From a virus (taxonomy: Duplodnaviria > Caudoviricetes): a stretch of 64,000 nt of DNA. Positions 1-7,797 of the stretch are shown here, one piece after another (positions within the stretch are counted from its first letter, which is position 1; each line of letters opens with the position of its first letter). Where the stretch lies: positions 32,001 through 96,000 of the IMG/VR virus record IMGVR_UViG_3300009031_000368; one strand, 5' to 3'. The notes under the pieces are model-generated. The model saw only the letters and a program-made list of their open reading frames with translations, was not told where the DNA came from and did no database searches. The position numbers and the translations under genes are program-made.

Positions 1-15
1 CTTCACTACCCGTAC

Positions 16-43
16 AATATAGCATTCGATAAAGAAAAGTCAA
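16..43 (-). promoter_or_regulatory. sigma70-type promoter (TTGACT-16-TATATT, TGn extended -10)
   Basis: Reverse complement of 38-43 is TTGACT and of 16-21 is TATATT; AT-rich upstream. It drives a gene beyond the left edge. Confidence 0.7.
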
Positions 44-226
44 GAGAAAATTACAGATATTGTGATGGTGCGACAAGCTTTCAATAATGTGTCTTGTCGT
101 TGTGGCGTTTTGGCACCATTGTGTGTGACAAACAGATGAATGGAAATGATAAAAGCAAAACGTTAAGTACTGGGAATCTACTTTGTTGGATTTTAACGAT
201 GATGTTGTGTTATTTGGAAAGAATTG

Positions 227-502
227 TTAGTAAAGCGAAGACATCGGCATCTCACCGTCTGGTGAATCAAATCCCTTAAAGACATGACTCATCAGAATGA
301 TCCGTCCGTCTGGAAGAAGTTCACCACGATACTTCAACACATCGTAACGGTACCTTGGACCTTTCGGTGGCACATAATAACCGGCAACGACGTCGCGCGC
401 CTGCTTTTCATCCCGGTATGGTCCGGTGATTGGACCGAGATATGACTTACTGTCACGTACATCGTTATACTGAATGATCCATACGTCGACAGCTGGAAAC
501 AT
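227..502 (-). CDS. hypothetical protein, 91 aa
   Basis: ORF with AGGAG RBS, in a run of small minus-strand genes. Confidence 0.7.
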   Translation of the reverse strand: MFPAVDVWIIQYNDVRDSKSYLGPITGPYRDEKQARDVVAGYYVPPKGPRYRYDVLKYRGELLPDGRIILMSHVFKGFDSPDGEMPMSSLY

Positions 503-535
503 AACTGTAACTCCTATAGTTGTTGATGGAATAAT

Positions 536-787
536 TCACTCGATTGCAAAAATAACATCAGGGAAATAACAAACGGTATCAAGTCCCATACTGTCTGTCC
601 TTACGTGCTTCAACACGTTAAGGAAATCAACGTCATCATGGTATTTGGCCGCAAGCGCGACCAGAGCCGCGTAGATAAAGATACTATTAAACGCCGGACA
701 CTGACGGCCATACATGCCACGACCAGAATACCGGTAAGGTTCCAGGTTTTCGTTTTCCAATATTTCCATAAAATCTTCAGCAGTCAC
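536..787 (-). CDS. hypothetical phage protein, 83 aa
   Basis: ORF with GGAG RBS; YSGRGMYG..C and D.MG...V.YFP pattern typical of small phage early proteins. Confidence 0.7.
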   Translation of the reverse strand: MTAEDFMEILENENLEPYRYSGRGMYGRQCPAFNSIFIYAALVALAAKYHDDVDFLNVLKHVRTDSMGLDTVCYFPDVIFAIE

Positions 788-799
788 ATCTATCTCCAG

Positions 800-970
800 T
801 CAATTATGCGGTGTAAGTCTGGTATCATGACCTAAATGGCGGTGGATGAATTCAAGTCCAGCTTTTCCATTCAGGAATGACATGGCGCTATTGCAGTCCC
901 GGCAAATAATGAACATCGGGCCGTCCGCTGAACCGATCAGCCTAACTTGAACGATCTGATATACGGTCAT
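800..970 (-). CDS. small protein, 56 aa (MTVYQIVQ...CRDC...HLGHDTRLTPHN), possible Zn binder; absent from the ORF track
   Basis: Hand translation; GGAGG RBS; directly downstream of promoter 998-1026; CxxC plus two His. Confidence 0.65.
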   Translation of the reverse strand: MTVYQIVQVRLIGSADGPMFIICRDCNSAMSFLNGKAGLEFIHRHLGHDTRLTPHN

Positions 971-997
971 TTAAGCCTCCATGATTGAACTGATATC

Positions 998-1026
998 AAT
1001 ATACCACATATCGGCCCATATGTCAA
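998..1026 (-). promoter_or_regulatory. sigma70-type promoter (TTGACA-17-TATATT)
   Basis: tgtcaa at 1021-1026, aatata at 998-1003, TGn motif, AT-rich UP region. Confidence 0.8.
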
Positions 1027-1114
1027 GCTGAATTTTAAAAATTGTTGTCAATATCGCAATCCAGAAACCGGATGGTCCAGCAACACTAAACCGGTATATG
1101 ACAACATTTTGTAG

Positions 1115-1528
1115 TTATTCCGTTTTGGTGAATTCATCAACGAATTCCCTAAACCTGCGTCTCATGTCATTCTTGCCTGATTCCATCCCCCTGGAATGGC
1201 TGTGGCGGATCAGTAACATGATAGACTCGGTTCCAATCCGGCTGAAGCATTCTGCCAAGATCTTATCGGCAATATCGGATGACTGATGTTCGCAACTTTC
1301 CGTTAACTCACAAAACAATCCGTACAGAATGTCGGCACAAGTTATCGTGATGTTGAAACAGATATCGCTGTTCTCGATAAAACAGTACCTGGCCTTAATG
1401 GCATCACTGCATTCGACTGTTCCGGATACGACACGTTCCACATGGCCGAACGTAATGGTAAAGCCCGATTCCCTTTCCGGTGAATGATTGGCAACAAATT
1501 TAAACCCGCGACAATTGGTAATGTCCAT
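1115..1528 (-). CDS. hypothetical protein, 137 aa
   Basis: ORF with AGGAG RBS. Confidence 0.65.
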   Translation of the reverse strand: MDITNCRGFKFVANHSPERESGFTITFGHVERVVSGTVECSDAIKARYCFIENSDICFNITITCADILYGLFCELTESCEHQSSDIADKILAECFSRIGTESIMLLIRHSHSRGMESGKNDMRRRFREFVDEFTKTE

Positions 1529-1559
1529 ATGGTCTCCTTAATGAATGGTTTTGAACGGT

Positions 1560-2033
1560 TTAACCGTTTTCCCGGATGAGACGTTTTACTGACAGGATGG
1601 CATCAAAGACACTGGTTCGCCAGTTGAGAAGATGCTGTTTGTTGACATCGGCAGCATCCATCGCCATCAGCTTGTCGGTGGCTTGATTCCATTCCTGTTG
1701 CAACATGCTCAACTTTAATTCCAATTCCTTATGCTGCAATTGATTGCATTCGCGCTGGCTGAGATCATCAACAGCGCCACATGCCGCAATGTGACGAACC
1801 CATGATACCGTTGCTTGGTATGTGGTGTTCTCAACCACGACGGTGGCATGCAGGCTAAAGCCGTCATCCATCGTCACCACAACACTTCGATTCAAGTATC
1901 TGCTAAGCGTATTGGACAAATCAGCTACGGTATTACCATCAACGGCCTGTTTGACCGATAGACCATTAGGCACAACACTGTCGGCAAAAGTTAAAACAAT
2001 CATGTTTGTTATCCTCGTTTTGTTTGATCTCAA
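1560..2033 (-). CDS. hypothetical protein, 157 aa, C-terminal helical region
   Basis: ORF packed against its neighbour; contains a GCAATYRATTGC copy. Confidence 0.65.
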   Translation of the reverse strand: MRSNKTRITNMIVLTFADSVVPNGLSVKQAVDGNTVADLSNTLSRYLNRSVVVTMDDGFSLHATVVVENTTYQATVSWVRHIAACGAVDDLSQRECNQLQHKELELKLSMLQQEWNQATDKLMAMDAADVNKQHLLNWRTSVFDAILSVKRLIRENG

Positions 2034-2036
2034 ACA

Positions 2037-2321
2037 CTAATCACAATTGTTGTTTACCAGCTCCCACTGATACCAATCGGAACTTGTCCAGTCTCGGGTA
2101 TCCCATTCAAAATCCAGCGCGCGAATTTCCTGTTCGGTTTCCCAAGCGGCGGAATCCAGCTGGTTACACCACTCGCCGAGCTTTAACGCATTTTCTCGTT
2201 CTTCCGCTTCCTCTTCCATAAACCGGTCAATCCGTTCCGACCCAGCCTGCCACTCTGTCAGCAACATATCATGCTTGAAGTTCAGCTCCGCTAACCTGAT
2301 TTCATATTGTCGCTTCGTCAT
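2037..2321 (-). CDS. hypothetical acidic helical protein, 94 aa
   Basis: First ORF downstream of promoter 2368-2396. Confidence 0.65.
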   Translation of the reverse strand: MTKRQYEIRLAELNFKHDMLLTEWQAGSERIDRFMEEEAEERENALKLGEWCNQLDSAAWETEQEIRALDFEWDTRDWTSSDWYQWELVNNNCD

Positions 2322-2367
2322 TACCGTTCTCCGCGCGTTTTAGGCTCCCAAACAATCAACAGAACAT

Positions 2368-2396
2368 ATACTAGCATGATGATAGGAAAATGTCAA
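2368..2396 (-). promoter_or_regulatory. sigma70-type promoter (TTGACA-17-TAGTAT)
   Basis: tgtcaa at 2391-2396, atacta at 2368-2373, TGC extension. Confidence 0.8.
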
Positions 2397-2405
2397 GAGA
2401 AAATT

Positions 2406-2852
2406 TCAGCAGTCCGTCAATTGCCGGTATCGCTGGAAAGCTGCTTCGCCCCACACCGTATTGGTAAAATCGTACCTGGCGTCAAGGAGGCTTTCAGCGC
2501 CGATATTCCAACTGAATGTTCTAAACAACAGGTCGGTAGACTCATAGTTGATGCCTGATACGTGTAGTCCACCGTTACGTTCCGATACTTCGGCGCGAAG
2601 TACCTTCCAGCCCTTGTATTGGCTATAGAGCTTGACGTCGTGCAGGGTAAGATTCAGCCCATAAACGTAACATTCTATTCCCGCAATGTCGGCAACCCAT
2701 GAGTCAGGTACTTCGCCAAATCGACGAGGCACCAGCTTATGGAGGTAATTCCGCGCAGATTCAACACTATCATGTTCAACGACAATGATTTTCTTGTTGG
2801 CATCCTTCTCATTGCGCCAGATGAAAAACACAGCATCTCCTTTGAAATACAA
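2406..2852 (-). CDS. hypothetical protein (probable true start GTG at 2831)
   Basis: ORF track; AAGGAG lies 5 nt upstream of the GTG at 2831. Confidence 0.6.
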   Translation of the reverse strand: MYFKGDAVFFIWRNEKDANKKIIVVEHDSVESARNYLHKLVPRRFGEVPDSWVADIAGIECYVYGLNLTLHDVKLYSQYKGWKVLRAEVSERNGGLHVSGINYESTDLLFRTFSWNIGAESLLDARYDFTNTVWGEAAFQRYRQLTDC

Positions 2853-2869
2853 GGTTTAAAAACAACATC

Positions 2870-2898
2870 AATATAGCATCGCCGATATGATTTGTCAA
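2870..2898 (-). promoter_or_regulatory. sigma70-type promoter (TTGACA-17-TATATT)
   Basis: tgtcaa at 2893-2898, aatata at 2870-2875, TGC extension. Confidence 0.8.
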
Positions 2899-3085
2899 GA
2901 TGTTTTTAAAGCCATTGTCGGATTCAGGAATCATTCAGGCATATTGTTGTTGGTGCGACATCGTGAAGCACAGTTGTGTCCTGGTAATGCGTTATGGCTG
3001 GTGGATTGAATGATGGATAGGCGATTGTATTGGATCGATGCGCAATCAATTGCGCGGTATGCTGCGCAGACACTGGAAGAGAAAA

Positions 3086-3370
3086 CTACTCGGCGGATTC
3101 ATTGAGCGGTAATTCGGTCCAGTCCTTCCCTTCAAGGTAAGGGATAACCGGTGTTCCGTATGGATCTGTACGTTTCTGCCGGTCAGGATGACAGCACTCT
3201 CCAAATTCCCGCTTTTCAACCGGCCGGACCATCAGCGAAGCACCGCACTTGTAACGGTATTCGATCGACTCACCCTTATAGAGGAAGAAATATCGCCCGT
3301 TGATTTCCACTCCCAGTTCGCCGTCACTGTTGACGACCCACCTGACATCCTTCGTTCCTAGTTCAGACAT
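3086..3370 (-). CDS. hypothetical phage protein, 94 aa
   Basis: ORF with AAGGA RBS. Confidence 0.7.
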   Translation of the reverse strand: MSELGTKDVRWVVNSDGELGVEINGRYFFLYKGESIEYRYKCGASLMVRPVEKREFGECCHPDRQKRTDPYGTPVIPYLEGKDWTELPLNESAE

Positions 3371-3409
3371 GTTGTCATCCTTTAATTCAAGTATCCGGTT
3401 GATTAGATG

Positions 3410-3652
3410 TTAACGTGTTGCCTTCACGATGAGAGAAAGCGTCAATCCGCCCAACTCGCACTGCCGCTTCATTTCCGGCATGTCGGTACGCTGCCACGTT
3501 TCATCAAGTGACTTCATGTTGAGCGGCAACGTCCATGTGCAGTGTGCGCCAGGCTCAAAACGATTACGACGCAACACGGCCTTCATAAATGCTTTTGAAA
3601 TAACGCCACGGTTACAGAGTCTGATAATTTCCCAGCCGGCCAGACTGTTCAT
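3410..3652 (-). CDS. hypothetical protein, 80 aa
   Basis: ORF with AAGGAG RBS, downstream of promoter 3688-3716. Confidence 0.65.
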   Translation of the reverse strand: MNSLAGWEIIRLCNRGVISKAFMKAVLRRNRFEPGAHCTWTLPLNMKSLDETWQRTDMPEMKRQCELGGLTLSLIVKATR

Positions 3653-3687
3653 CGGTCATATCTCCTTTTTGATGTTACCTGGTATCA

Positions 3688-3716
3688 GGTATACCTTGTC
3701 TCGAATCAAATGTCAA
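3688..3716 (-). promoter_or_regulatory. sigma70-type promoter (TTGACA-17-TATACC)
   Basis: tgtcaa at 3711-3716; same CTCTTGAC context as the promoters at 43 and 2396; weaker -10. Confidence 0.6.
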
Positions 3717-3728
3717 GAGAAATTTAAA

Positions 3729-4214
3729 TTATCCCCAGACAATATCTTGATGATGTTTTGCCGCATAGGCGAGCAAGGCATCAAGCTGGTTCAGTCGCCG
3801 AAGGATGGAGGCATCTGTTGTTCCAAAATGTAAAACGTGACAGCCTGCGGCACCGATTTCCTCATGCGGATCAGACGTATAACTGAATCTCATGCTGGAG
3901 ATGTTTTTAGCCCGCATGATGCCGCGTGCAACGGCCGGAATTTCTGAAACCTTTATCGTGCCACAACAATCAACCGGAAGTCCAATCATCCGCATGACGT
4001 CATCCGCATTACCGTTGGCAAAATTGCATTCCGGTGCTTCTGACTCCGATATGCCGGCCATAAAACCGCATTCGTCACATCCCCATTGTTGCTGAACATC
4101 AAACGGTTGACGTTCTATCCAACCATCAATGTCGTCAACCGGTAAACCGACCATACATTCTCGACAAACCCTGTAATGCCGGGGAGCGTCAGGACATGAA
4201 AACGTGATCGACAT
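3729..4214 (-). CDS. hypothetical Cys-rich protein, 161 aa, possible Zn finger
   Basis: GAGGT RBS; CxxC pairs (CREC, CDEC). Confidence 0.7.
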   Translation of the reverse strand: MSITFSCPDAPRHYRVCRECMVGLPVDDIDGWIERQPFDVQQQWGCDECGFMAGISESEAPECNFANGNADDVMRMIGLPVDCCGTIKVSEIPAVARGIMRAKNISSMRFSYTSDPHEEIGAAGCHVLHFGTTDASILRRLNQLDALLAYAAKHHQDIVWG

Positions 4215-4255
4215 ACGTTCACCTCAAAACAACGTTCCAGCATTCAACAGGTGCC

Positions 4256-4283
4256 AGGATAGCATTCCTGGTAGAAAAGTCAA
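4256..4283 (-). promoter_or_regulatory. sigma70-type promoter (TTGACT-16-TATCCT)
   Basis: agtcaa at 4278-4283, aggata at 4256-4261, TGC extension; same layout as the promoter at 16-43. Confidence 0.65.
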
Positions 4284-4300
4284 GACAATTTTCAAGTAAT

Positions 4301-4381
4301 TCGGATCCAATTTTTCATAGATCAAATTCTGCATCCTGTTATGGGCGTTTTGCAATAAGGCCGGGGGGATCGTCGGAGTAA
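4301..4381 (+). repeat. 81-bp imperfect direct repeat, copy 1
   Basis: Exact 20-mer TCGGATCCAATTTTTCATAG and terminal GTCGGAGTAA recur 546 nt downstream, AAATTCT 545 nt downstream. Confidence 0.85.
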
Positions 4382-4390
4382 ACGACATAT

Positions 4391-4648
4391 TTGAGGATGC
4401 GTGATATATCAAGATCGGCCCAATGGATCCGAACTAACAACACATTGAACAGGATATCTGACGTTATGTCCACCTTTATTGTTACCATTTCAATGATTGC
4501 CGGTCTAGCGGTTAGTCTTCTGGGATTTTGGATAGGTATCTGGCACCAGTACAGTAGGCCGCTGGTTCACGAAGATATTCAGTATCTTGCCGCGATAGCT
4601 CAATTCATACTGACATGCTGTATCGTGCTAGCATGGTTGTTGTATTGA
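4391..4648 (+). CDS. small two-TM membrane protein (start may be ATG at 4466)
   Basis: Two hydrophobic stretches (TFIVTISMIAGLAVSLLGFWIGIW; YLAAIAQFILTCCIVLAWLLY). Confidence 0.5.
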   Translation: MRMRDISRSAQWIRTNNTLNRISDVMSTFIVTISMIAGLAVSLLGFWIGIWHQYSRPLVHEDIQYLAAIAQFILTCCIVLAWLLY

Positions 4649-4694
4649 ACTGGTAAAATTGGTATCCCCAATCAATATGTGAAAGGACGTTGTC

Positions 4695-4757
4695 ATGTTG
4701 CCCATCCTGTTAGCGGTTAGTCTTTTACTGTTCTATCTAGACGTGTGGCACACATAA
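4695..4757 (+). CDS. 20-aa hydrophobic peptide MLPILLAVSLLLFYLDVWHT; absent from the ORF track
   Basis: AAAGGA 7 nt upstream of the ATG; single TM-like helix. Confidence 0.4.
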   Translation: MLPILLAVSLLLFYLDVWHT

Positions 4758-4846
4758 ACATGGCCGCCAGGTTCAATACATTCTGGTCTTGCGTACCCTA
4801 TATTCCGCTGTAACGTTTGAAGCAACAACGGCCATGGTGCGGCAAA

Positions 4847-4927
4847 TCGGATCCAATTTTTCATAGTGAAATTCTACGTGGTCGTATGACCCTCCCTAAA
4901 ATCGACCCCCTATGCCTGTCGGAGTAA
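4847..4927 (+). repeat. 81-bp imperfect direct repeat, copy 2
   Basis: Partner of 4301-4381. Confidence 0.85.
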
Positions 4928-5245
4928 TTGAGTGTTGTTACAACCGGTAGTTGGTAATGGTGCAACAATCCACGTCGGGCGATACATGCGCACCATAACG
5001 ACATGGCGTTAATAATTTAACATTCAGTCCAGTTAACTGCCGATGTACAGATATGGAAATTGAAAAAAGACGGGGTTTTTCTGTTTTGCCCATGGTAGAG
5101 ACATCATTAATCCGATCTGCGGCTAAATCCGTGTTGGATGACTCAACGATAAATAAACTGCCAACGACAATTATAGCCCATAATCCACATACGAAGTGCG
5201 ATTGTCAAATCAGAAAATTGCCAAAGATGTTAAATAAGTAAATCG

Positions 5246-5322
5246 TCAAATTAAAAACTAACCATTTGAAATGGAAAATCCCTTTAGGAATCTCTATTTT
5301 GAATAGTTAGTTTTTAATTTGA
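5246..5322. repeat. perfect 17-bp inverted repeat enclosing a degenerate CCT(T)TAGG core
   Basis: TCAAATTAAAAACTAAC at 5246-5262; GTTAGTTTTTAATTTGA at 5306-5322. Confidence 0.9.
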
Positions 5323-5803
5323 AACAGACTTGCCAAGTTGTATCATGCCCGAAGTAGTCAATCGACATATAGAAGCGTGGACGGCTGTAGCTATTCTGAA
5401 AAAATGAAATTCTCCCTATAGGGACTTTTTCATTTTCACAGAATCAAGTCATCCTTCGCCGGCCGGCAATCAATTGCGCTATACGGGTAAAACGTCATAA
5501 CGTTATGTTAGCGCTAGATAAATTGCACCGACGCGCTGCCGGTAACGCCTAAATGGCAGTTGTGCAATGGTGCAGTGATTGAAGAAATCAAAAATCTCCT
5601 ATAGGGGAATTCTCATTTTCAGGATTCGGCACCATCGCACAACTATGTCGTTATGTCGGCCCGACAAACTGGCTGAAAATGTAACCGGTTGATAATATTA
5701 GATAAGTGGCGCAGCCAGCACCATGACGGTTGCTGTTGTCGGCTGGATATGCGGTATTATCGGTTGGGAAATAAAAATCTCCCTATAGGGAAATCTTAAA
5801 TCA
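5262..5803. repeat. array of four ~40-bp palindromic units with a CCTATAGG core
   Basis: Cores at 5281-5288, 5413-5424, 5598-5605 and 5780-5791; A-rich left arms and T-rich right arms. Confidence 0.85.
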
Positions 5804-6106
5804 TTAGCTGGACGATCGGTTGCGACGTCGATTCATCTTTTCCAGCAATGCGCGCAACTGTTTAACTTCATCGGTGGTAAGACTACAGTCACGAAGTTTG
5901 TTGCGTTCAGTAACAACATGGGTAGCATATTCAAGTGCCAACAATCGTTGCTCGATTTGATGCCGATCGCCGCCAACCACGGTTGTACTGTTAAATATCG
6001 ATTCAGGTAAACGGCCGGTTGGATTACTTTTATGCGGTGGTTCCAAACTACCGATCAACATCGCCATAATGATGACAAACACTGTTAACGACACAACACA
6101 CCACAT
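5804..6106 (-). CDS. hypothetical protein with N-terminal TM/signal segment, 100 aa
   Basis: Hydrophobic N-terminus; coupled to the upstream ORF. Confidence 0.55.
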   Translation of the reverse strand: MWCVVSLTVFVIIMAMLIGSLEPPHKSNPTGRLPESIFNSTTVVGGDRHQIEQRLLALEYATHVVTERNKLRDCSLTTDEVKQLRALLEKMNRRRNRSSS

Positions 6107-6107
6107 A

Positions 6108-6377
6108 TCAACCCGCCTGTTCGTTCAATATTGTGCGGATCGATTCGGCATATTTGACGATGAAATCAATGGTTTGTCTGGACTGTGCGCCTAGTGACAG
6201 GTAGTCAATCGGACATAATTCCATCTGGTCACAGTAATTGCGCGCCAATCTGTCTCGAAGATTCAATGCCCGCTGGTGTTGGTTGGCATGATGCAAATCA
6301 TCAAACAGTTGGCCGTCACTGGTCAATATCTTCTGTACCAACGTTGCGCCTTCAACAAGATTCATAAAATACCTCAT
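6108..6377 (-). CDS. hypothetical protein, 89 aa
   Basis: ATGA overlap with the upstream ORF. Confidence 0.65.
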   Translation of the reverse strand: MRYFMNLVEGATLVQKILTSDGQLFDDLHHANQHQRALNLRDRLARNYCDQMELCPIDYLSLGAQSRQTIDFIVKYAESIRTILNEQAG

Positions 6378-6694
6378 TTCAATTCAACGTACAATGTATC
6401 ATCGGCATTACTGCCACGCCAACAACTGGTATGAATGGTCAATACTTGATCGCGGTCCAATGCCAATAGATTGTCTCTATTATACTCCTCTGGCGCGACC
6501 CATTTAACAACAAGCCCATTGACGGCACTTATGGTTCCGTAATCGTCCCAAACATAAAGTCCAGCTTGGCTGCAAGCCTTCAACGCGGCAACCAATTGAC
6601 GGAATGCCTTTACTTGTGCCGATGTCGGCTCATAACGGATTTCATCACACATCGATTCCTCCAGCCCGTTAACCGTTATTGCAATTATCGCCAA
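6374..6694 (-). CDS. hypothetical protein, about 106 aa, start uncertain
   Basis: ORF track (TTG start); no clear RBS. Confidence 0.5.
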   Translation of the reverse strand: MAIIAITVNGLEESMCDEIRYEPTSAQVKAFRQLVAALKACSQAGLYVWDDYGTISAVNGLVVKWVAPEEYNRDNLLALDRDQVLTIHTSCWRGSNADDTLYVELK

Positions 6695-6696
6695 AG

Positions 6697-6712
6697 TGAC
6701 GTTTAAACGTCA
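6697..6712. promoter_or_regulatory. perfect 16-bp palindrome TGACGTTTAAACGTCA, operator-like
   Basis: Seen directly, in the leader of the leftward transcript; followed by TGACA-TT-TGTCA at 6716-6727. Confidence 0.5.
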
Positions 6713-6800
6713 GCTTGACATTTGTCACAACAACGTAGCAACGATGTTACATTTAGACGTTTGGCTATTCCGGCCGATACTGTATGGCAATTATCAGTGC

Positions 6801-6829
6801 ATCATATCACCGATGACTGTTTTTGTCAA
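6801..6829 (-). promoter_or_regulatory. sigma70-type promoter, leftward (TTGACA-17-TATGAT)
   Basis: tgtcaa at 6824-6829, atcata at 6801-6806. Confidence 0.75.
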
Positions 6830-6861
6830 TCGCAATTTTTAATCAAATGATTAAAAACATC

Positions 6862-6890
6862 TTGACAAACCAGCTTTGACGTGTTATATT
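6862..6890 (+). promoter_or_regulatory. sigma70-type promoter, rightward (TTGACA-17-TATATT), divergent partner
   Basis: ttgaca at 6862-6867, tatatt at 6885-6890, TGn. Confidence 0.8.
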
Positions 6891-6927
6891 ATCGGCATGA
6901 TTTGGTTTTAACCGTGAAGGAACCGTT

Positions 6928-7158
6928 ATGAAACAGCTACACGCCGATGTACTGTCATGGATTGCTGGTCATGAAGGCAAGGATATCACGTATAGCAGTT
7001 ATCCGATTCAGTGTCTGATTGTCGCCGGGCGTCATTTCGCAGAACGAGATGCCGCGTTTTGCGTTCAGCGTCGGACCATTGAAGCAATGATCAGACTTGG
7101 GCTTTTGGTTCGTGGTACGACTACTGCTGTCGGTTTCTACGTTGAACTGCCCGGTTAA
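6928..7158 (+). CDS. hypothetical protein, 76 aa, possibly winged-helix-like
   Basis: AAGGA RBS after the rightward promoter. Confidence 0.65.
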   Translation: MKQLHADVLSWIAGHEGKDITYSSYPIQCLIVAGRHFAERDAAFCVQRRTIEAMIRLGLLVRGTTTAVGFYVELPG

Positions 7159-7174
7159 TTAAGGGGATTTAGCA

Positions 7175-7405
7175 ATGAGCAATATCGCATACATCGTAAC
7201 TCGTGATATCGACGTCAGCCGTGCTGAAGGTCGGCCCTATATGCGCCAGCTGGTGTTAACATACAACAGTGATGAGCGGGACAAGGCATTCATATATTTC
7301 GATAATTGTAGGTCATATCTGGGCGACGAATCGGTACGGATTTATGAAGTGAAGGACATCTCCAACGATGTTCCGGTGCTGCCCGAAAACCGCCCACCGG
7401 TCTAA
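7175..7405 (+). CDS. hypothetical protein, 76 aa
   Basis: AAGGGG RBS; its stop overlaps head-on with the stop of the convergent gene. Confidence 0.65.
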   Translation: MSNIAYIVTRDIDVSRAEGRPYMRQLVLTYNSDERDKAFIYFDNCRSYLGDESVRIYEVKDISNDVPVLPENRPPV

Positions 7406-7797
7406 TCGGTTTCTCCTATCCCGCCATCTGGATTTTTAATCCTAACGGTAATGTTGGCACCGTATAGCTGATTTGTTGACTCCAGGTTTCCGCCCAAACG
7501 CTCCAGCTGCAACATCAACCGCTGTATGGCGAACTGCACTGAGGCCGGATCGCCGAATTGCCGGATGGCTATAGCGACCTTGCCTGATTCCATGGTGAAA
7601 TCTGATACCAGTTTTGGGTTAGCCGTCAATACTTCACCGATAGCTTTTTCGATTGGACTTACTTCCGGCTGCTTCGGTTTAGGCGGTTCGGTTGGCTCTT
7701 TCGGCACCGGCTTCGATTGCGGCTGAGGCTGTTTCTTTTTGAATTCCTCAACCAATGACCGGTTCAATGTATCCAGCAGATGGTGTCGTTGAATCAT
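7402..7797 (-). CDS. hypothetical protein, Pro/Lys-rich linker, 131 aa
   Basis: Last ORF of the long late minus-strand run; SLVEE motif near the N-terminus. Confidence 0.7.
   Translation of the reverse strand: MIQRHHLLDTLNRSLVEEFKKKQPQPQSKPVPKEPTEPPKPKQPEVSPIEKAIGEVLTANPKLVSDFTMESGKVAIAIRQFGDPASVQFAIQRLMLQLERLGGNLESTNQLYGANITVRIKNPDGGIGETD

Noticed and set aside
2900-5240. tRNA or known ncRNA in the intergenic stretches
   Set aside because: I recognised no T-loop GGTTCRA, cloverleaf or CCA end by eye; a covariance search would be needed to exclude novel RNAs.
5053-5241. 62-aa plus-strand ORF in the poorly coding region
   Set aside because: There is no RBS and no motif; it is treated as chance.
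5262-5803. CRISPR array, given the palindromic repeats and a Cas4-like gene in the window
   Set aside because: The units are degenerate, the gaps of about 95-145 bp are far longer than CRISPR spacers, and no cas1/cas2 is present.
6694-6721. In-frame ATG TCA AGC TGA upstream of ORF 6374-6694, suggesting TGA recoding
   Set aside because: TGA ends many well-coupled genes (ATGA overlaps) and long genes have no internal stops, so the code is standard.
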